A stretch of DNA of 32,000 nucleotides from Raphidiopsis brookii D9 (GTDB lineage Bacteria; Cyanobacteriota; Cyanobacteriia; Cyanobacteriales; Nostocaceae): positions 1 through 32,000 of the forward strand of contig ACYB01000022.1 of the NCBI GenBank assembly GCA_000175855.1, given 5' to 3'. The notes beneath the pieces are model-generated. The model did no database searches and had not been told where the DNA came from. It worked only from the letters and a program-made list of their open reading frames with translations. Made by a program: the position numbers and the translations under genes. This document shows positions 1 to 10,873 of this stretch, one piece after another. Each line of letters opens with the position of its first letter. The first letter of the stretch is position 1.

Positions 1-1627
<1,627 letters not shown>

Positions 1628-1655
1628 AGTCTTCTAGTTTTGTATTTCAAGTGTT

Positions 1656-1686
1656 AGCCCTTGTTGAAGAACAGGGGCTTTTATTA
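1656..1686 (+). terminator. Rho-independent terminator after psbC
   Basis: There is a hairpin AGCCCTTGTT-GAAG-AACAGGGGCT (10-bp stem with one G-T pair) followed by TTTTATT, 29 nt after the psbC stop. Confidence 0.75.
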
Positions 1687-1693
1687 TATATTG

Positions 1694-2863
1694 TTAACAA
1701 GTTACTACTGAGGCAAATCTTAAACCTTCCACAGTTTTCACAAAATGAGCTGCTACTTCATCTATCTCTTCCACCGTGTTAAATCTGCCTATACCAAACC
1801 GCACTGAAGCATGAGCTAGTTCTTCCGGGTGTCCTAAAGCGGTAAGAACATAGGAAGGTGCAATATTATGAGAGGAACAAGCAGAACCGGAAGAAACAGC
1901 TACTACTGGTTGCAGTCCTAATGATAGTGCTGCTCCGTCAATACCTTCCACACTAATATTCAAATTTCCTGCTAATCTTTTGCTAGGGTGTCCATTCAGG
2001 TGAATTCCCCCCACTTTAGATATCTGTTTCCACAGTCTTTCTCTGAGGGTTTCCAGGCGAAAATTCTCTGTTTCCTGTTCTTCCAAAGCAATTTCTATGG
2101 CCCCACCAAAACCTACTATTTGGGGTGTATATAGGGTTCCTGAACGCATCCCCCTTTCATGACCTCCACCATGCTGTTGTGGTGCTAGTTTTACCTTAGG
2201 ATTTTTTCTGCGAACATATAAAGCTCCAATTCCCTTGGGACCATAAACCTTATGAGCGGTTAAAGACATTAAATCAATATTTAATGCTTCCACATCTAAT
2301 GAAATTTTGCCAATAGCTTGTGCAGCATCGCTATGAAATATCACTCCCTGTTGGTGACAAATCCTCCCAATCTCACTTAATGGTTGTAAAACCCCAATTT
2401 CATTATTGGCAGCCATAACAGACACTAGTATAGTATCAGCACGTAAAGACTTTTCTAATTTTTCTAAATCAATTAGTCCATCTTTTTCTACGGGAAGAAT
2501 AGTCAGTTGAAAACCTATGGTTTTTAAATATTCACAAGTGTCTAATACTGCTTTATGCTCTGTGGCAACGGTAACTATATGTTGACCTTTAGAAAAGTAT
2601 GCTTCTGCTATACCCTTAATCGCTAAATTATTGGCTTCCGTTGCACCACTGGTGAAGACTATTTCTTCAGGAGTGCAGTTAATAGCAGTAGACAAAACTT
2701 CCCTGGTCCTTTTCACTGCTGCTTGACCTTCCCAACCGTAAACATGACTATTACTAGCGGGATTACCAAATTTTTCGGTAAAGTAGGGAATCATAGCATT
2801 TAATACCCTTTCATCTAGGGGAGTGGTAGCATGGGAATCCAGGTAAATGGGACGAATGGACAT
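1694..2863 (-). CDS. iscS: Class I (IscS/NifS-like) cysteine desulfurase, PLP-dependent
   Basis: Motifs seen are IYLDSHATTPLD, the PLP-lysine context SLTAHKVYGPKG, and the active-site loop SSGSACSS. The ORF track starts at TTG 2875, but ATG at 2863 (MSIRPIYLD) is the more likely start. Confidence 0.9.
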   Translation of the reverse strand: MSIRPIYLDSHATTPLDERVLNAMIPYFTEKFGNPASNSHVYGWEGQAAVKRTREVLSTAINCTPEEIVFTSGATEANNLAIKGIAEAYFSKGQHIVTVATEHKAVLDTCEYLKTIGFQLTILPVEKDGLIDLEKLEKSLRADTILVSVMAANNEIGVLQPLSEIGRICHQQGVIFHSDAAQAIGKISLDVEALNIDLMSLTAHKVYGPKGIGALYVRRKNPKVKLAPQQHGGGHERGMRSGTLYTPQIVGFGGAIEIALEEQETENFRLETLRERLWKQISKVGGIHLNGHPSKRLAGNLNISVEGIDGAALSLGLQPVVAVSSGSACSSHNIAPSYVLTALGHPEELAHASVRFGIGRFNTVEEIDEVAAHFVKTVEGLRFASVVTC

Positions 2864-2899
2864 ATTTTCTCTCAACGGTTAATTAAGTCAAATCAGGTC

Positions 2900-3374
2900 T
2901 TAGTTTTTAAGTTCTTGCAATTTTTTCAATACTGCTTGGGCATGACCTTTGCTCTTAGCATTTGGCCAGGAGTAGGCAATGATTTTATCGGGTGCGATTA
3001 AGAAAGTGGAACGAGCAACTCCCATATATTCCTTACCCATGAATTTCTTCATTCTCCAAGCACCGTAGGTTTCTATTAACTGATGTTCAGGATCTGTTAA
3101 CAGGGTAATTGTCAGGTTATGCTTGGTGATGAATTTACAATGGGACTTACTAGAGTCTGGACTAACTCCCATAACTTTCCCATCCAAATCAATAAAATTG
3201 CGGTGCTAATTCGGTAAACTCCTTGGCTTCCGTGGTACATCCTGGGGTGTCATCTTTTGGGTAAAAATATAGAACCACCCACTGATTGATCTGGTATAAG
3301 CTAACTAGGTTCCCATCTTGGTCTAGCTTAGCAAAATCAGGTGCAGGTTTTCCGAGTTGAGGAATATCACTCAT
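2900..3374 (-). pseudogene. bcp: Bcp-type peroxiredoxin (thioredoxin-dependent thiol peroxidase) split by a 1-nt frameshift
   Basis: ORF 3189..3374 encodes the N-terminal half, including the peroxidatic motif FYPKDDTPGCTTEA. ORF 2900..3187 encodes the C-terminal half (GVSPDSSKSHCKFITKHNL...) in another frame. Removing one T from mRNA caattttattgat gives a continuous ...FTELAPQFYDLDGKVMGVSPDS... Confidence 0.85.
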
Positions 3375-3409
3375 GGTGGATAATTAAGCAAAATGAGTAG
3401 GCAAAAACT

Positions 3410-4198
3410 ATGTTACGGGACTTCGCTAATCGGGAAGAATTAGTAACTTATATACGGGAACAATTCCCTCAAGCTGCACAAACAGATGATTATATCAGTG
3501 GAATCCCTGGGGGTAGAAAAGCAGCAGAGGCACAACTAGAAAAGGTAAACACTGTATCGTACGCAAAAACACGCAACTACTTGACTGGAGCAGTAACTAG
3601 GTTATCACCCTATATTCGTCATGGCGTTTTGAGTTTGCGAGAAGTGAGGGAGTATATTCTTAACACAGTAGAAAATTCAGAAGATGGAAGCAAGTTAATT
3701 AATGAACTGGGATGGCGGGACTACTGGCAAAGATTATACATGAAGTTGGGCAAGGGTATTTGGGAAAATCAAGAAGAATACAAAACTGGTTATCACACAG
3801 AAGACTACTCCCATAACCTCCCAGAAGATATTCAGGAAAGTAAAACTGGACTGGTTTGCATTGATAGTTTTAGTCAAGAATTACGAGTGACAGGTTATCT
3901 CCACAATCATATCAGAATGTGGTTGGCAAGTTATATTATTCACTGGAGAAAAATTCAATGGCAAGCGGGAGCTAAATGGTTTTTGCAGCATTTGTTAGAT
4001 GGAGACCCAGCAAGTAATAATATGTCTTGGCAATGGGTGGCTAGTACTTTCAGTCACAAACCGTATTTCTTCAATCGAGAAAATCTAGAACGCTATACAA
4101 AAGGAGTATATTGTTCTCGATGTCCATTATATGGTAAGTGCGTGTTTGAAGGCACTTATGAAAATTTGCAATCGATCCTTTTTCCCCATTCCCCCTAA
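3410..4198 (+). CDS. Stand-alone photolyase/cryptochrome FAD-binding (alpha-helical) domain protein, lacking the N-terminal alpha/beta domain
   Basis: The 262-aa product carries GGRKAAEAQL...TRLSPYIRHGVLSLREV, GWRDYW and DGDPASNNMSWQWVAS, which are typical of the photolyase FAD-binding domain. Only 35 nt separate it from the divergent bcp start, so no N-terminal domain can be encoded upstream. Confidence 0.8.
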   Translation: MLRDFANREELVTYIREQFPQAAQTDDYISGIPGGRKAAEAQLEKVNTVSYAKTRNYLTGAVTRLSPYIRHGVLSLREVREYILNTVENSEDGSKLINELGWRDYWQRLYMKLGKGIWENQEEYKTGYHTEDYSHNLPEDIQESKTGLVCIDSFSQELRVTGYLHNHIRMWLASYIIHWRKIQWQAGAKWFLQHLLDGDPASNNMSWQWVASTFSHKPYFFNRENLERYTKGVYCSRCPLYGKCVFEGTYENLQSILFPHSP

Positions 4199-5019
4199 TC
4201 CAGGTTTAAAAACCTGTCCAGCGCTGCTACTAAACTTGGTGGCCATCTGCGGATATTTCTCACCCAGTTAATATCCTTATATCTGATGTCTAATCCGTAA
4301 GCTGCTACCCAGTTACTTTCTGCTTCCCCTTTTTTACCTCCTACCCAATAGGTAGCAGTCAAAGCAGCACGCATATCAGCAAATCGGGGATATTTACGCA
4401 CTATATTTCTCATTTCTCTTTCCGCTTGCTGTTTCTCACCAATTTCATACATGGCTAAAGCATAGTTCGCACGAGCAAAAGCAAAGTTAGGTGCTATTTG
4501 TGTGGCTTTTTGATAGTCGGCGATCGCCTCTTGCCATTTTCCTAGTCCTGTTTTAGCATTCCCTCGATTATTATATGCCATAGCATCTTGGGGGTCTAAT
4601 TCTAAAACATGATTATAATCAGCGATCGCCTCTTGCCATTTTCCCAATCCTTCTAAAGCTGTACCTCTATTTAGGTAAGGATCTGTCACATTGGGAGCTA
4701 ATTTAATGGCTTGATTATAATCGGTTAATGCTGCTTCCAGTTTATTTTGACTAACCCGGGAATTACCGCGATTACTCCATGCACCCGCATTGGTGGGGAA
4801 TCTCTCAATAATTTCAGTCCAGTATTTTTCAGCGGTGGCAAAATCACCTTTGTCAGTTGCAGCAAATGCTTGGGTTGCTAACTCATCTCCCAACTCTAAC
4901 TCTTGTGCTGTAATATGATTTGTTTCTGCCACTGCTGGTAAGCAATTACCTAGGGTTAGTAATAAGCTTACTAACAAAATTGTTAACAGACTCAAAATAG
5001 AATTCTTCTTCTTAGTCAT
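4195..5019 (-). CDS. Secreted/lipoprotein-like TPR repeat protein
   Basis: The N-terminus is a signal-like hydrophobic segment (MTKKKNSILSLLTILLVSLLLTLGNC). Several TPR units follow, including a duplicated GLGKWQEAIADY motif. Its 3' end overlaps the convergent upstream gene by 4 nt. Confidence 0.8.
   Translation of the reverse strand: MTKKKNSILSLLTILLVSLLLTLGNCLPAVAETNHITAQELELGDELATQAFAATDKGDFATAEKYWTEIIERFPTNAGAWSNRGNSRVSQNKLEAALTDYNQAIKLAPNVTDPYLNRGTALEGLGKWQEAIADYNHVLELDPQDAMAYNNRGNAKTGLGKWQEAIADYQKATQIAPNFAFARANYALAMYEIGEKQQAEREMRNIVRKYPRFADMRAALTATYWVGGKKGEAESNWVAAYGLDIRYKDINWVRNIRRWPPSLVAALDRFLNLD
4520..4527. repeat. HIP1 octamer GCGATCGC (representative of 19 copies)
   Basis: I found copies by eye starting at 4520, 4622, 6794, 7021, 7767, 8765, 9808, 10307, 12325, 14185, 14389, 14900, 16349, 18517, 20907, 24986, 27021, 27687 and 29203. 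HIP1 over-representation is a known cyanobacterial hallmark. Confidence 0.9.
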
Positions 5020-5107
5020 TTAATTTTCTGTCATATACAACACTGCCAATAAATCAATAATATGTTGACTGGGATCTACCTGGAACCGGAGAAATTGGAT
5101 CCACTAA

Positions 5108-6094
5108 CTATAACAATGATAACTGTTCACTATTCAGTTGAAAACCAAGATGTTGATATGCAGCACTTGTAACCACCCTCCCCCGTGGTGTGCGACTTAA
5201 ATACCCTATTTGCATTAAATATGGTTCATAAACCTCTTCTATAGTTTGTGTATCTTCCCCCGTAGCAGCGGCCAAGGTTTCTAAACCCACCGGACCACCA
5301 TGGAAATTTTCAATAATTACAGTGAGCATTTTTCTATCGGTCCAGTCCAAACCACAGGGATCTACTTGAAATAGGGTTAATGCTTCTGCAGCAGTAGGTT
5401 GATCAATTTGAGGACGGGATTTGACTATAGCATAATCACGGACTCGCTTGAGTAATCTATTGGCTATTCTTGGTGTACCCCGGGAGCGTTTAGCAATCTC
5501 CCTGGCTCCTTCCAAATTCACTATAGTTTGCAAAACCTCTGCACTACGTAAAACAATTTGACTCAATTCTTCTACCTGATAAAAACGTAGTTTTTGCACC
5601 AGTCCAAACCGATCGCGCAGGGGAGAAGTTAAAGCTCCCACGCGAGTTGTGGCTCCTACTAGGGTAAATTTTGATAGAGGTATGGTTCGTACTTTAGCTC
5701 CGGATCCTTTACCAATGGTCACGTCTAAACGATAATCCTCCATGGCCGGGTACAAAATTTCTTCAGTCATGCGAGAAAGTCTATGTATTTCGTCAATAAA
5801 TAACACGTCCCCTGGTTTCAGGTTCACCAATAACCCCACTATATCTCTAGGACGTTCTAAAGCTGGAGCACTAGTAATTTTATAGTTTACCCCCATCTCT
5901 GAAGCTAAAATCATAGCCATAGTGGTCTTACCTAAACCTGCAGGACCGTATAATAGTAAGTGATCCATCACATCACCCCTAGATTTAGCCGCTTTAATGG
6001 CAATATCTAGTACATCTTTTAAGTCCTGCTGTCCAATGTAATCTGCAAAACGTCGGGGACGAATACTATCTTCCTGTTTATCATCTTCACCCAC
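5108..6094 (-). CDS. ruvB: Holliday junction branch migration helicase RuvB (core ORF; the N-terminal extension appears frameshifted, see findings)
   Basis: Motifs seen are [12 protein letters not shown], Walker [10 protein letters not shown], Walker [10 protein letters not shown], sensor [16 protein letters not shown] and C-terminal RTPRGR. The in-frame start found by the track is GTG 6094. An ATG ORF (6222, MAIISSKK...) lies upstream in another frame. Confidence 0.93.
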   Translation of the reverse strand: MGEDDKQEDSIRPRRFADYIGQQDLKDVLDIAIKAAKSRGDVMDHLLLYGPAGLGKTTMAMILASEMGVNYKITSAPALERPRDIVGLLVNLKPGDVLFIDEIHRLSRMTEEILYPAMEDYRLDVTIGKGSGAKVRTIPLSKFTLVGATTRVGALTSPLRDRFGLVQKLRFYQVEELSQIVLRSAEVLQTIVNLEGAREIAKRSRGTPRIANRLLKRVRDYAIVKSRPQIDQPTAAEALTLFQVDPCGLDWTDRKMLTVIIENFHGGPVGLETLAAATGEDTQTIEEVYEPYLMQIGYLSRTPRGRVVTSAAYQHLGFQLNSEQLSLL

Positions 6095-6444
6095 AGTTGC
6101 TTCCTGTTGCAGGATCTTTTCCTGGGCGGAAACTTTTCTACCGTGGGTTTCCTTACTGCTCGGTGCTTTTTCGGATTTCCACCAGATTCGGAGGGATCTT
6201 TTTTTGACGAGATTATGGCCATAATTAGGCTGTTTTAAGCTAGGGACTGGAATCTGGAAATTGGTCTTTCCTAAAGATTGCTTTTACTTCTATAATAACT
6301 CAGGAGAATTGGTTTTTTACGCGAACTAGCACTACCAATTGGCATTCACCGAAAAAATGGATACAGTGGAATGTCCAGTTTCTAACCCAACAACAATTTT
6401 GCCGACGACCAGGCCAACAGTTATCAAAAGACAGAGAAATTACT

Positions 6445-7218
6445 ATGCTATCTAAAAGAATTTTACCTTGTTTAGATGTCAAGGCTGGACGAGTTGTGAA
6501 AGGTGTCAATTTTGTTGACTTGAAGGATGCTGGAGATCCAGTAGAGCTGGCTAGGGTTTACGATGAAGCTGGTGCTGATGAGTTAGTATTTTTAGATATT
6601 ACAGCTACTCACGAAGACCGTGATACTATTATCGATGTAGTTTACCGAACTGCTGATCAGGTTTTTATTCCCTTGACTGTGGGAGGAGGTGTTCAAACAT
6701 TAGAAAATGTTAAAGATTTGTTACGAGCGGGAGCTGATAAAGTTAGCATTAATTCAGCAGCTGTCCGCAATCCACACTTGATTAATGAAGCAAGCGATCG
6801 CTTTGGAAATCAGTGTATTGTAGTAGCTATTGATGCGCGGAGGAGAGTTGAACCTGACTCTGTGGGTTGGGATGTGTATGTACGAGGTGGTAGGGAAAAT
6901 ACGGGCATAGATGCTTTATCCTGGGCACAGGAGGTTGAAAAAAGAGGGGCTGGTGAATTGTTAGTAACCAGTATGGATGCGGATGGTACTCAAGCTGGCT
7001 ATGATCTGGAATTGACCAGAGCGATCGCCCAAGCTGTGGAAATTCCCGTCATTGCTTCTGGTGGAGCTGGCAATTGTCAGCATATTCACCAAGCTCTAAC
7101 TCTAGGACAAGCAGAAGCTGCTTTATTAGCATCCATACTTCATTATGGACATTTAAGCATTGCCCAAATTAAAAATTATTTGCAAGAACAATCTGTTCCC
7201 ATCCGCTTACCCTGCTAA
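6445..7218 (+). CDS. hisF: Imidazole glycerol phosphate synthase, cyclase subunit
   Basis: The 257-aa product carries [34 protein letters not shown], and SINSAAV...VVAIDA...TSMDADGT...ASGGAG. Confidence 0.95.
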   Translation: MLSKRILPCLDVKAGRVVKGVNFVDLKDAGDPVELARVYDEAGADELVFLDITATHEDRDTIIDVVYRTADQVFIPLTVGGGVQTLENVKDLLRAGADKVSINSAAVRNPHLINEASDRFGNQCIVVAIDARRRVEPDSVGWDVYVRGGRENTGIDALSWAQEVEKRGAGELLVTSMDADGTQAGYDLELTRAIAQAVEIPVIASGGAGNCQHIHQALTLGQAEAALLASILHYGHLSIAQIKNYLQEQSVPIRLPC

Positions 7219-7314
7219 TCCCACTCGACCAGGTATATCTCTGACCAAAGTCAGACACAGTTCTCAAAAACAGTGTTAATATTAGTTGACTAGTATTAAG
7301 AAATATTAAGAATT

Positions 7315-7506
7315 ATGTTGATTCCTATTCTAATTTTTGATGTAGCACTGGTAGCTTGGTCACTCCACCTAATGGAGAAGGCCATAGAGAACAAGGAATT
7401 TTCCCTGATGTTAGCGGGTACATTGGTTGCTGTAGCAGCAGCAGCCATGTTAGTGGTATATTTCCTCATGGGGAACTGTATGGCCTACCTGTTAAAAATC
7501 GGTTGA
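7315..7506 (+). CDS. Hypothetical small membrane protein (two predicted hydrophobic helices)
   Basis: A 63-aa ATG ORF lies in an otherwise unassigned gap and has two hydrophobic stretches (IPILIFDVALVAWSL; LAGTLVAVAAAAMLVVYFL). I recognised no family. Confidence 0.35.
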   Translation: MLIPILIFDVALVAWSLHLMEKAIENKEFSLMLAGTLVAVAAAAMLVVYFLMGNCMAYLLKIG

Positions 7507-7533
7507 TAGAGGTGCTAGCAACCGAAGGAGGGG

Positions 7534-7908
7534 TTAAATCGGTCCAGGAGCTAATCCATGTAACTGACGCACAGCTCTAATACAAACGGGACAATCACAG
7601 CCAAACAGCTGAATAGCTTCATCACTTTCTGCATCAGTCAAAACAAACTCATCTGTTTCTGATTGATCAGGTTGTGAACTTGCTATTACTATTGATTCAG
7701 ACTTTGGAGGAGATGTGCTGTCTGGGATCTGTATACATATTTGTTTGCCAGTAGTGGGTGAATGAGGCGATCGCACGCAGGAGAGACGATTGTTACCGGA
7801 GGTGATAGTAGGACTAGCATGAACTGGTTGAGCGATCATCACCGTAGTGATAACAGATGTAAACAAGACTGGGCTAGACAGCAAAGTCAACAGGAATTTT
7901 CTGTTCAT
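7534..7908 (-). CDS. Hypothetical secreted protein with C-terminal Cys motif
   Basis: It has a signal-peptide-like N-terminus (MNRKFLLTLLSSPVLFTSVITTVMIAQPVHA), an S/P/T/D/E-rich middle, and the C-terminal motif FGCDCPVCIRAVRQL. I could not assign a family. Confidence 0.5.
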   Translation of the reverse strand: MNRKFLLTLLSSPVLFTSVITTVMIAQPVHASPTITSGNNRLSCVRSPHSPTTGKQICIQIPDSTSPPKSESIVIASSQPDQSETDEFVLTDAESDEAIQLFGCDCPVCIRAVRQLHGLAPGPI

Positions 7909-7984
7909 GAAGTTGAAAGAAAGTGAATGGGATAAAATATTATATTAGACTAGGAGTAAGGAACCGGAAACAAAAAAAGCTGAT

Positions 7985-8407
7985 ATGTTGTATGAAACGG
8001 ACTTTTATACATGGACTCAGGAACAGTGCCAAGCTCTATTAAACCGCCAAATCAATAGTTTAGATTGGCAACATCTAGCAGAGGAGATTGGCGATTTGGG
8101 AAACCGCCATTATGATCAACTAAGTTCCCGGTTGAGCATTCTGATTGGTCATTTGCTGAAATGGAAATATCAACCCGCGAATAGGAGTAACAGCTGGAAA
8201 GCCACTATTCGGGAACAGAGACGGAAAATCGATCGTTTACTGGAGCGAAATCCCGGGTTGAAAAATAAATGGAATGAAGCTCTGGAAGAAGCTTGGTTGG
8301 ATGGTAAAGACCTAGCCATTAGAGAAACAGGACTAGACGACCAAGACTTTCCCGAGGAGTGTCCCTTTAGCAGTTTCCAAATCCAAGATTCCAATTATTT
8401 CGGATAA
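7985..8407 (+). CDS. DUF29 family protein
   Basis: The N-terminus MLYETDFYTWTQEQCQALLNRQ...LDWQHLAEEIGDLGNR...LLKWKYQP matches my recollection of the DUF29 signature common in cyanobacteria. Confidence 0.8.
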   Translation: MLYETDFYTWTQEQCQALLNRQINSLDWQHLAEEIGDLGNRHYDQLSSRLSILIGHLLKWKYQPANRSNSWKATIREQRRKIDRLLERNPGLKNKWNEALEEAWLDGKDLAIRETGLDDQDFPEECPFSSFQIQDSNYFG

Positions 8408-8461
8408 TTGTAGAATGTGGAATGAGCAGAAACCAATTTTGGGAGACAAAATCAAAAAAAT

Positions 8462-9301
8462 ATGACCAATAATCAGTCAACCATCCCAGTTATCGTCAAT
8501 GGTGCTGGAGGAAAAATGGGTAGGGAAGTGATCAAAGCCATATCCCAAGCAACAGATATGACCCTGATGGGTGCCATTGATACCTCCCCAGAACACCAAG
8601 GAAAAGATGCTGGAGAATTAGCAGGTCTAAACATAGCCCTAGAAGTTCCCATCACCAATCAATTAGATCCCATATTGGGCTATGTTGCAGGAGAAAGACA
8701 ACTACAACCAGCAGTAATGGTTGATTTTACCCATCCTGATGCGGTTTATGATAACGTTCGCAGTGCGATCGCCTATGGGATTCGTCCCGTGGTGGGAACC
8801 ACTGGTTTGAGTCCCCAACAACTGGAAAATTTAGCTGACTTTGCTGAAAAAGCTAGTACAGGTTGTCTAATAATCCCTAACTTTTCTATCGGTATCGTAC
8901 TGCTACAACAAGCAGCAATTACCGCCTCCCAATACTTTGACCATGTGGAAATTATTGAACTTCACCACAATCAAAAAGCTGATGCACCCAGCGGTACAGC
9001 GATTCAAACTGCCCAGTTATTAGCAGATATGGGTAAACCTTCAACCCACCCCCAGGTAACAGAAACGGAAAAAATTGCCGGTGCGAGGGGTTGTTTAGCG
9101 GATGAAGGAATAAGGATTCACAGCGTGCGTTTACCTGGACTTATTGCCCATCAGGAAGTAATTTTTGGTGCAGCTGGTCAAATTTACACCCTGCGTCATG
9201 ATACCAGTGATCGCTCTTGTTATATGCCAGGAGTTTTATTAGCTATTCGTAAGATTAATCAGTTAAAATCATTGGTATATGGATTAGAAAAAATCCTGTG
9301 A
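8462..9301 (+). CDS. dapB: 4-hydroxy-tetrahydrodipicolinate reductase
   Basis: Motifs seen are the NAD(P)-binding [12 protein letters not shown], the DFTHP element, and the catalytic [15 protein letters not shown]. Confidence 0.93.
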   Translation: MTNNQSTIPVIVNGAGGKMGREVIKAISQATDMTLMGAIDTSPEHQGKDAGELAGLNIALEVPITNQLDPILGYVAGERQLQPAVMVDFTHPDAVYDNVRSAIAYGIRPVVGTTGLSPQQLENLADFAEKASTGCLIIPNFSIGIVLLQQAAITASQYFDHVEIIELHHNQKADAPSGTAIQTAQLLADMGKPSTHPQVTETEKIAGARGCLADEGIRIHSVRLPGLIAHQEVIFGAAGQIYTLRHDTSDRSCYMPGVLLAIRKINQLKSLVYGLEKIL

Positions 9302-9342
9302 TTGCGGATGGGGAGTTAAGGTTTAGGGAGCAATATTAGATT

Positions 9343-10020
9343 ATGATTATTCCACTGACTCGGCAAAAACTAGAACAGATTATTCCTTTGATTGGTAGTG
9401 GAGACCAGTATAAATACTACTGGGGAAAATTCAATAATTTTCTCCAAAGACTGTTAATTTCTGTGGTGACAGTGGTGGTGATTTTGCTGATTAAAAACCT
9501 CTTACAATTGGACTTTGGTTTGGTATTTGTTTTTGGTGTTTTCGGTGGTTTTTTTTGGTTATGGTATCCCGTTTATCAAGCGAGTATTCGTAATTTTAAA
9601 TATCGTAGTTATAAATATGGTGGTTTTTTTCGAGGAAGGATTGTAGATTGGTGGATTACAGAAAAAGTGCTTGGTAAACAGGAGACAGTTAATAATCGCG
9701 GAGAATTGGTCATTATCGAAAATCGGGAAAAGCGGATCAATTTAGAAGTTGGCGATAATACAGGATTCAGTATTGAATTTGATGCTCCCCTACGTTCCAC
9801 ACATAAGGCGATCGCTCGTGGTCAGGTGGCGGAAATGTTAGTGATGTCTAACAGCGCTGATTTAAGCATAATTGAAGAATTTAGTAATATTTACATACCT
9901 GGTTCTAATTTGTGGGTAAGTGACTATCCTTATGTGCGGGAGGACTTATTTAGTGAGGTTAGTCGTCGCATTAGAAGCTCCCCACGTGGTCGCTCCCAAA
10001 CACCAAAATCTCGACCATAG
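9343..10020 (+). CDS. Conserved hypothetical membrane protein
   Basis: The 225-aa ATG ORF has two adjacent hydrophobic helices (LLISVVTVVVILLI; LVFVFGVFGGFFWLWYPV), a soluble C-terminal domain and a basic tail. It has coding-like composition and does not overlap its neighbours. Confidence 0.7.
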   Translation: MIIPLTRQKLEQIIPLIGSGDQYKYYWGKFNNFLQRLLISVVTVVVILLIKNLLQLDFGLVFVFGVFGGFFWLWYPVYQASIRNFKYRSYKYGGFFRGRIVDWWITEKVLGKQETVNNRGELVIIENREKRINLEVGDNTGFSIEFDAPLRSTHKAIARGQVAEMLVMSNSADLSIIEEFSNIYIPGSNLWVSDYPYVREDLFSEVSRRIRSSPRGRSQTPKSRP

Positions 10021-10059
10021 AATGGTTTTTAAAAACAAAAGTTGAGAAGATTCGATAAA

Positions 10060-10836
10060 TCAACCGCTGACCAAATGATGTAGTTCTTGGGGTGTGAGGT
10101 GGGAGTGAACCACTTCACCATCCCGAAACCAAACAATACGTCTAGTTTGACTGGCTACTTCCGTTTCGTGAGTTACCATAATTACAGTGATTCCCGTACT
10201 ATTTAACTCACTGAAAATATCTAATACCTCTTGGGTAGTGCGAGAATCTAAAGCACCAGTTGGTTCATCTGCTAAAAGTACCACTGGAGCATTGACAATT
10301 GCACGAGCGATCGCCACTCGTTGTTGTTGTCCTCCCGATAGTTGATTAGGTTTATTGTGTAGGCGTTTTTCTAAACCCACTCTAATTAAAGCTTCTACAG
10401 CTCTGGCTTTTCTTTCTGCAGGTTTAACACCAGCATAAACCATGGGTAGCATGACGTTTTCTAGAGCTGTCAATTGGGTTAATAAATGAAATTGCTGAAA
10501 AACAAACCCCAATTTTAGATTGCGAATTTGTGCCAACTGTTGATCATTCATATCAGCAACATTCACATTATCTAAATAATAATTACCACCGCTGGGATGG
10601 TCTAAACAACCAATAATATTCATGGCGGTAGATTTACCAGAACCAGAAGGCCCCATGATGGCACAATATTCTCCTTGATTAATTACTAGGTTAATATTAT
10701 TCAGGGCCCGCACTTCTGTTTCCCCAGTTCCATAGACTTTAAATATGTTTTCCAAGCGGATAATCGCTGGTTGAGAGCCAGAATTACCATCTAGAGATTC
10801 ATTCACCAAGTCACTAATCATCAAGGTTGTAGACAT
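10060..10836 (-). CDS. ABC transporter ATP-binding protein, DevA/MacB-type
   Basis: Motifs seen are Walker [13 protein letters not shown] signature [14 protein letters not shown] and Walker [13 protein letters not shown]. It is the last gene of a B-C-A arrangement. Confidence 0.92.
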   Translation of the reverse strand: MSTTLMISDLVNESLDGNSGSQPAIIRLENIFKVYGTGETEVRALNNINLVINQGEYCAIMGPSGSGKSTAMNIIGCLDHPSGGNYYLDNVNVADMNDQQLAQIRNLKLGFVFQQFHLLTQLTALENVMLPMVYAGVKPAERKARAVEALIRVGLEKRLHNKPNQLSGGQQQRVAIARAIVNAPVVLLADEPTGALDSRTTQEVLDIFSELNSTGITVIMVTHETEVASQTRRIVWFRDGEVVHSHLTPQELHHLVSG

Positions 10837-10873
10837 AAAAGTTTATCCTATTAATTAATTATTTATTCTCTTT

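Noticed and set aside
4520-4644. Two identical 23-nt segments (GCGATCGCCTCTTGCCATTTTCC at 4520 and 4622) as a repeat element or mini-array
   Set aside because: Both lie in frame within the TPR gene and encode the duplicated GKWQEAIADY motif of adjacent TPR units. This is an internal coding duplication, not a CRISPR or mobile repeat.
6019-6222. 67-aa ORF as an independent gene
   Set aside because: Only its first 15 or so codons look like genuine protein (the RuvB N-terminus). The rest is the out-of-frame reading of ruvB. It is treated as part of a frameshifted ruvB.
6357-6455. 32-codon upstream ORF overlapping the hisF start as a possible leader peptide/attenuator
   Set aside because: It has no His codon run, no terminator/antiterminator structure and no recognisable RBS. 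It is most likely a chance ORF in the ruvB-hisF divergent spacer.
7356-7580. 74-aa ORF overlapping the 63-aa membrane ORF
   Set aside because: It is an alternative frame of the same region, with Gly/Ser/Cys-rich non-protein-like sequence, and it overlaps the convergent secreted-protein gene. The hydrophobic 7315..7506 frame is the more plausible of the two, and even that is of low confidence.
10025-10036. GTTTTTAAAAAC palindrome between convergent genes as a bidirectional terminator
   Set aside because: The stem would be almost entirely A-T with essentially no loop, so it is too weak to call.
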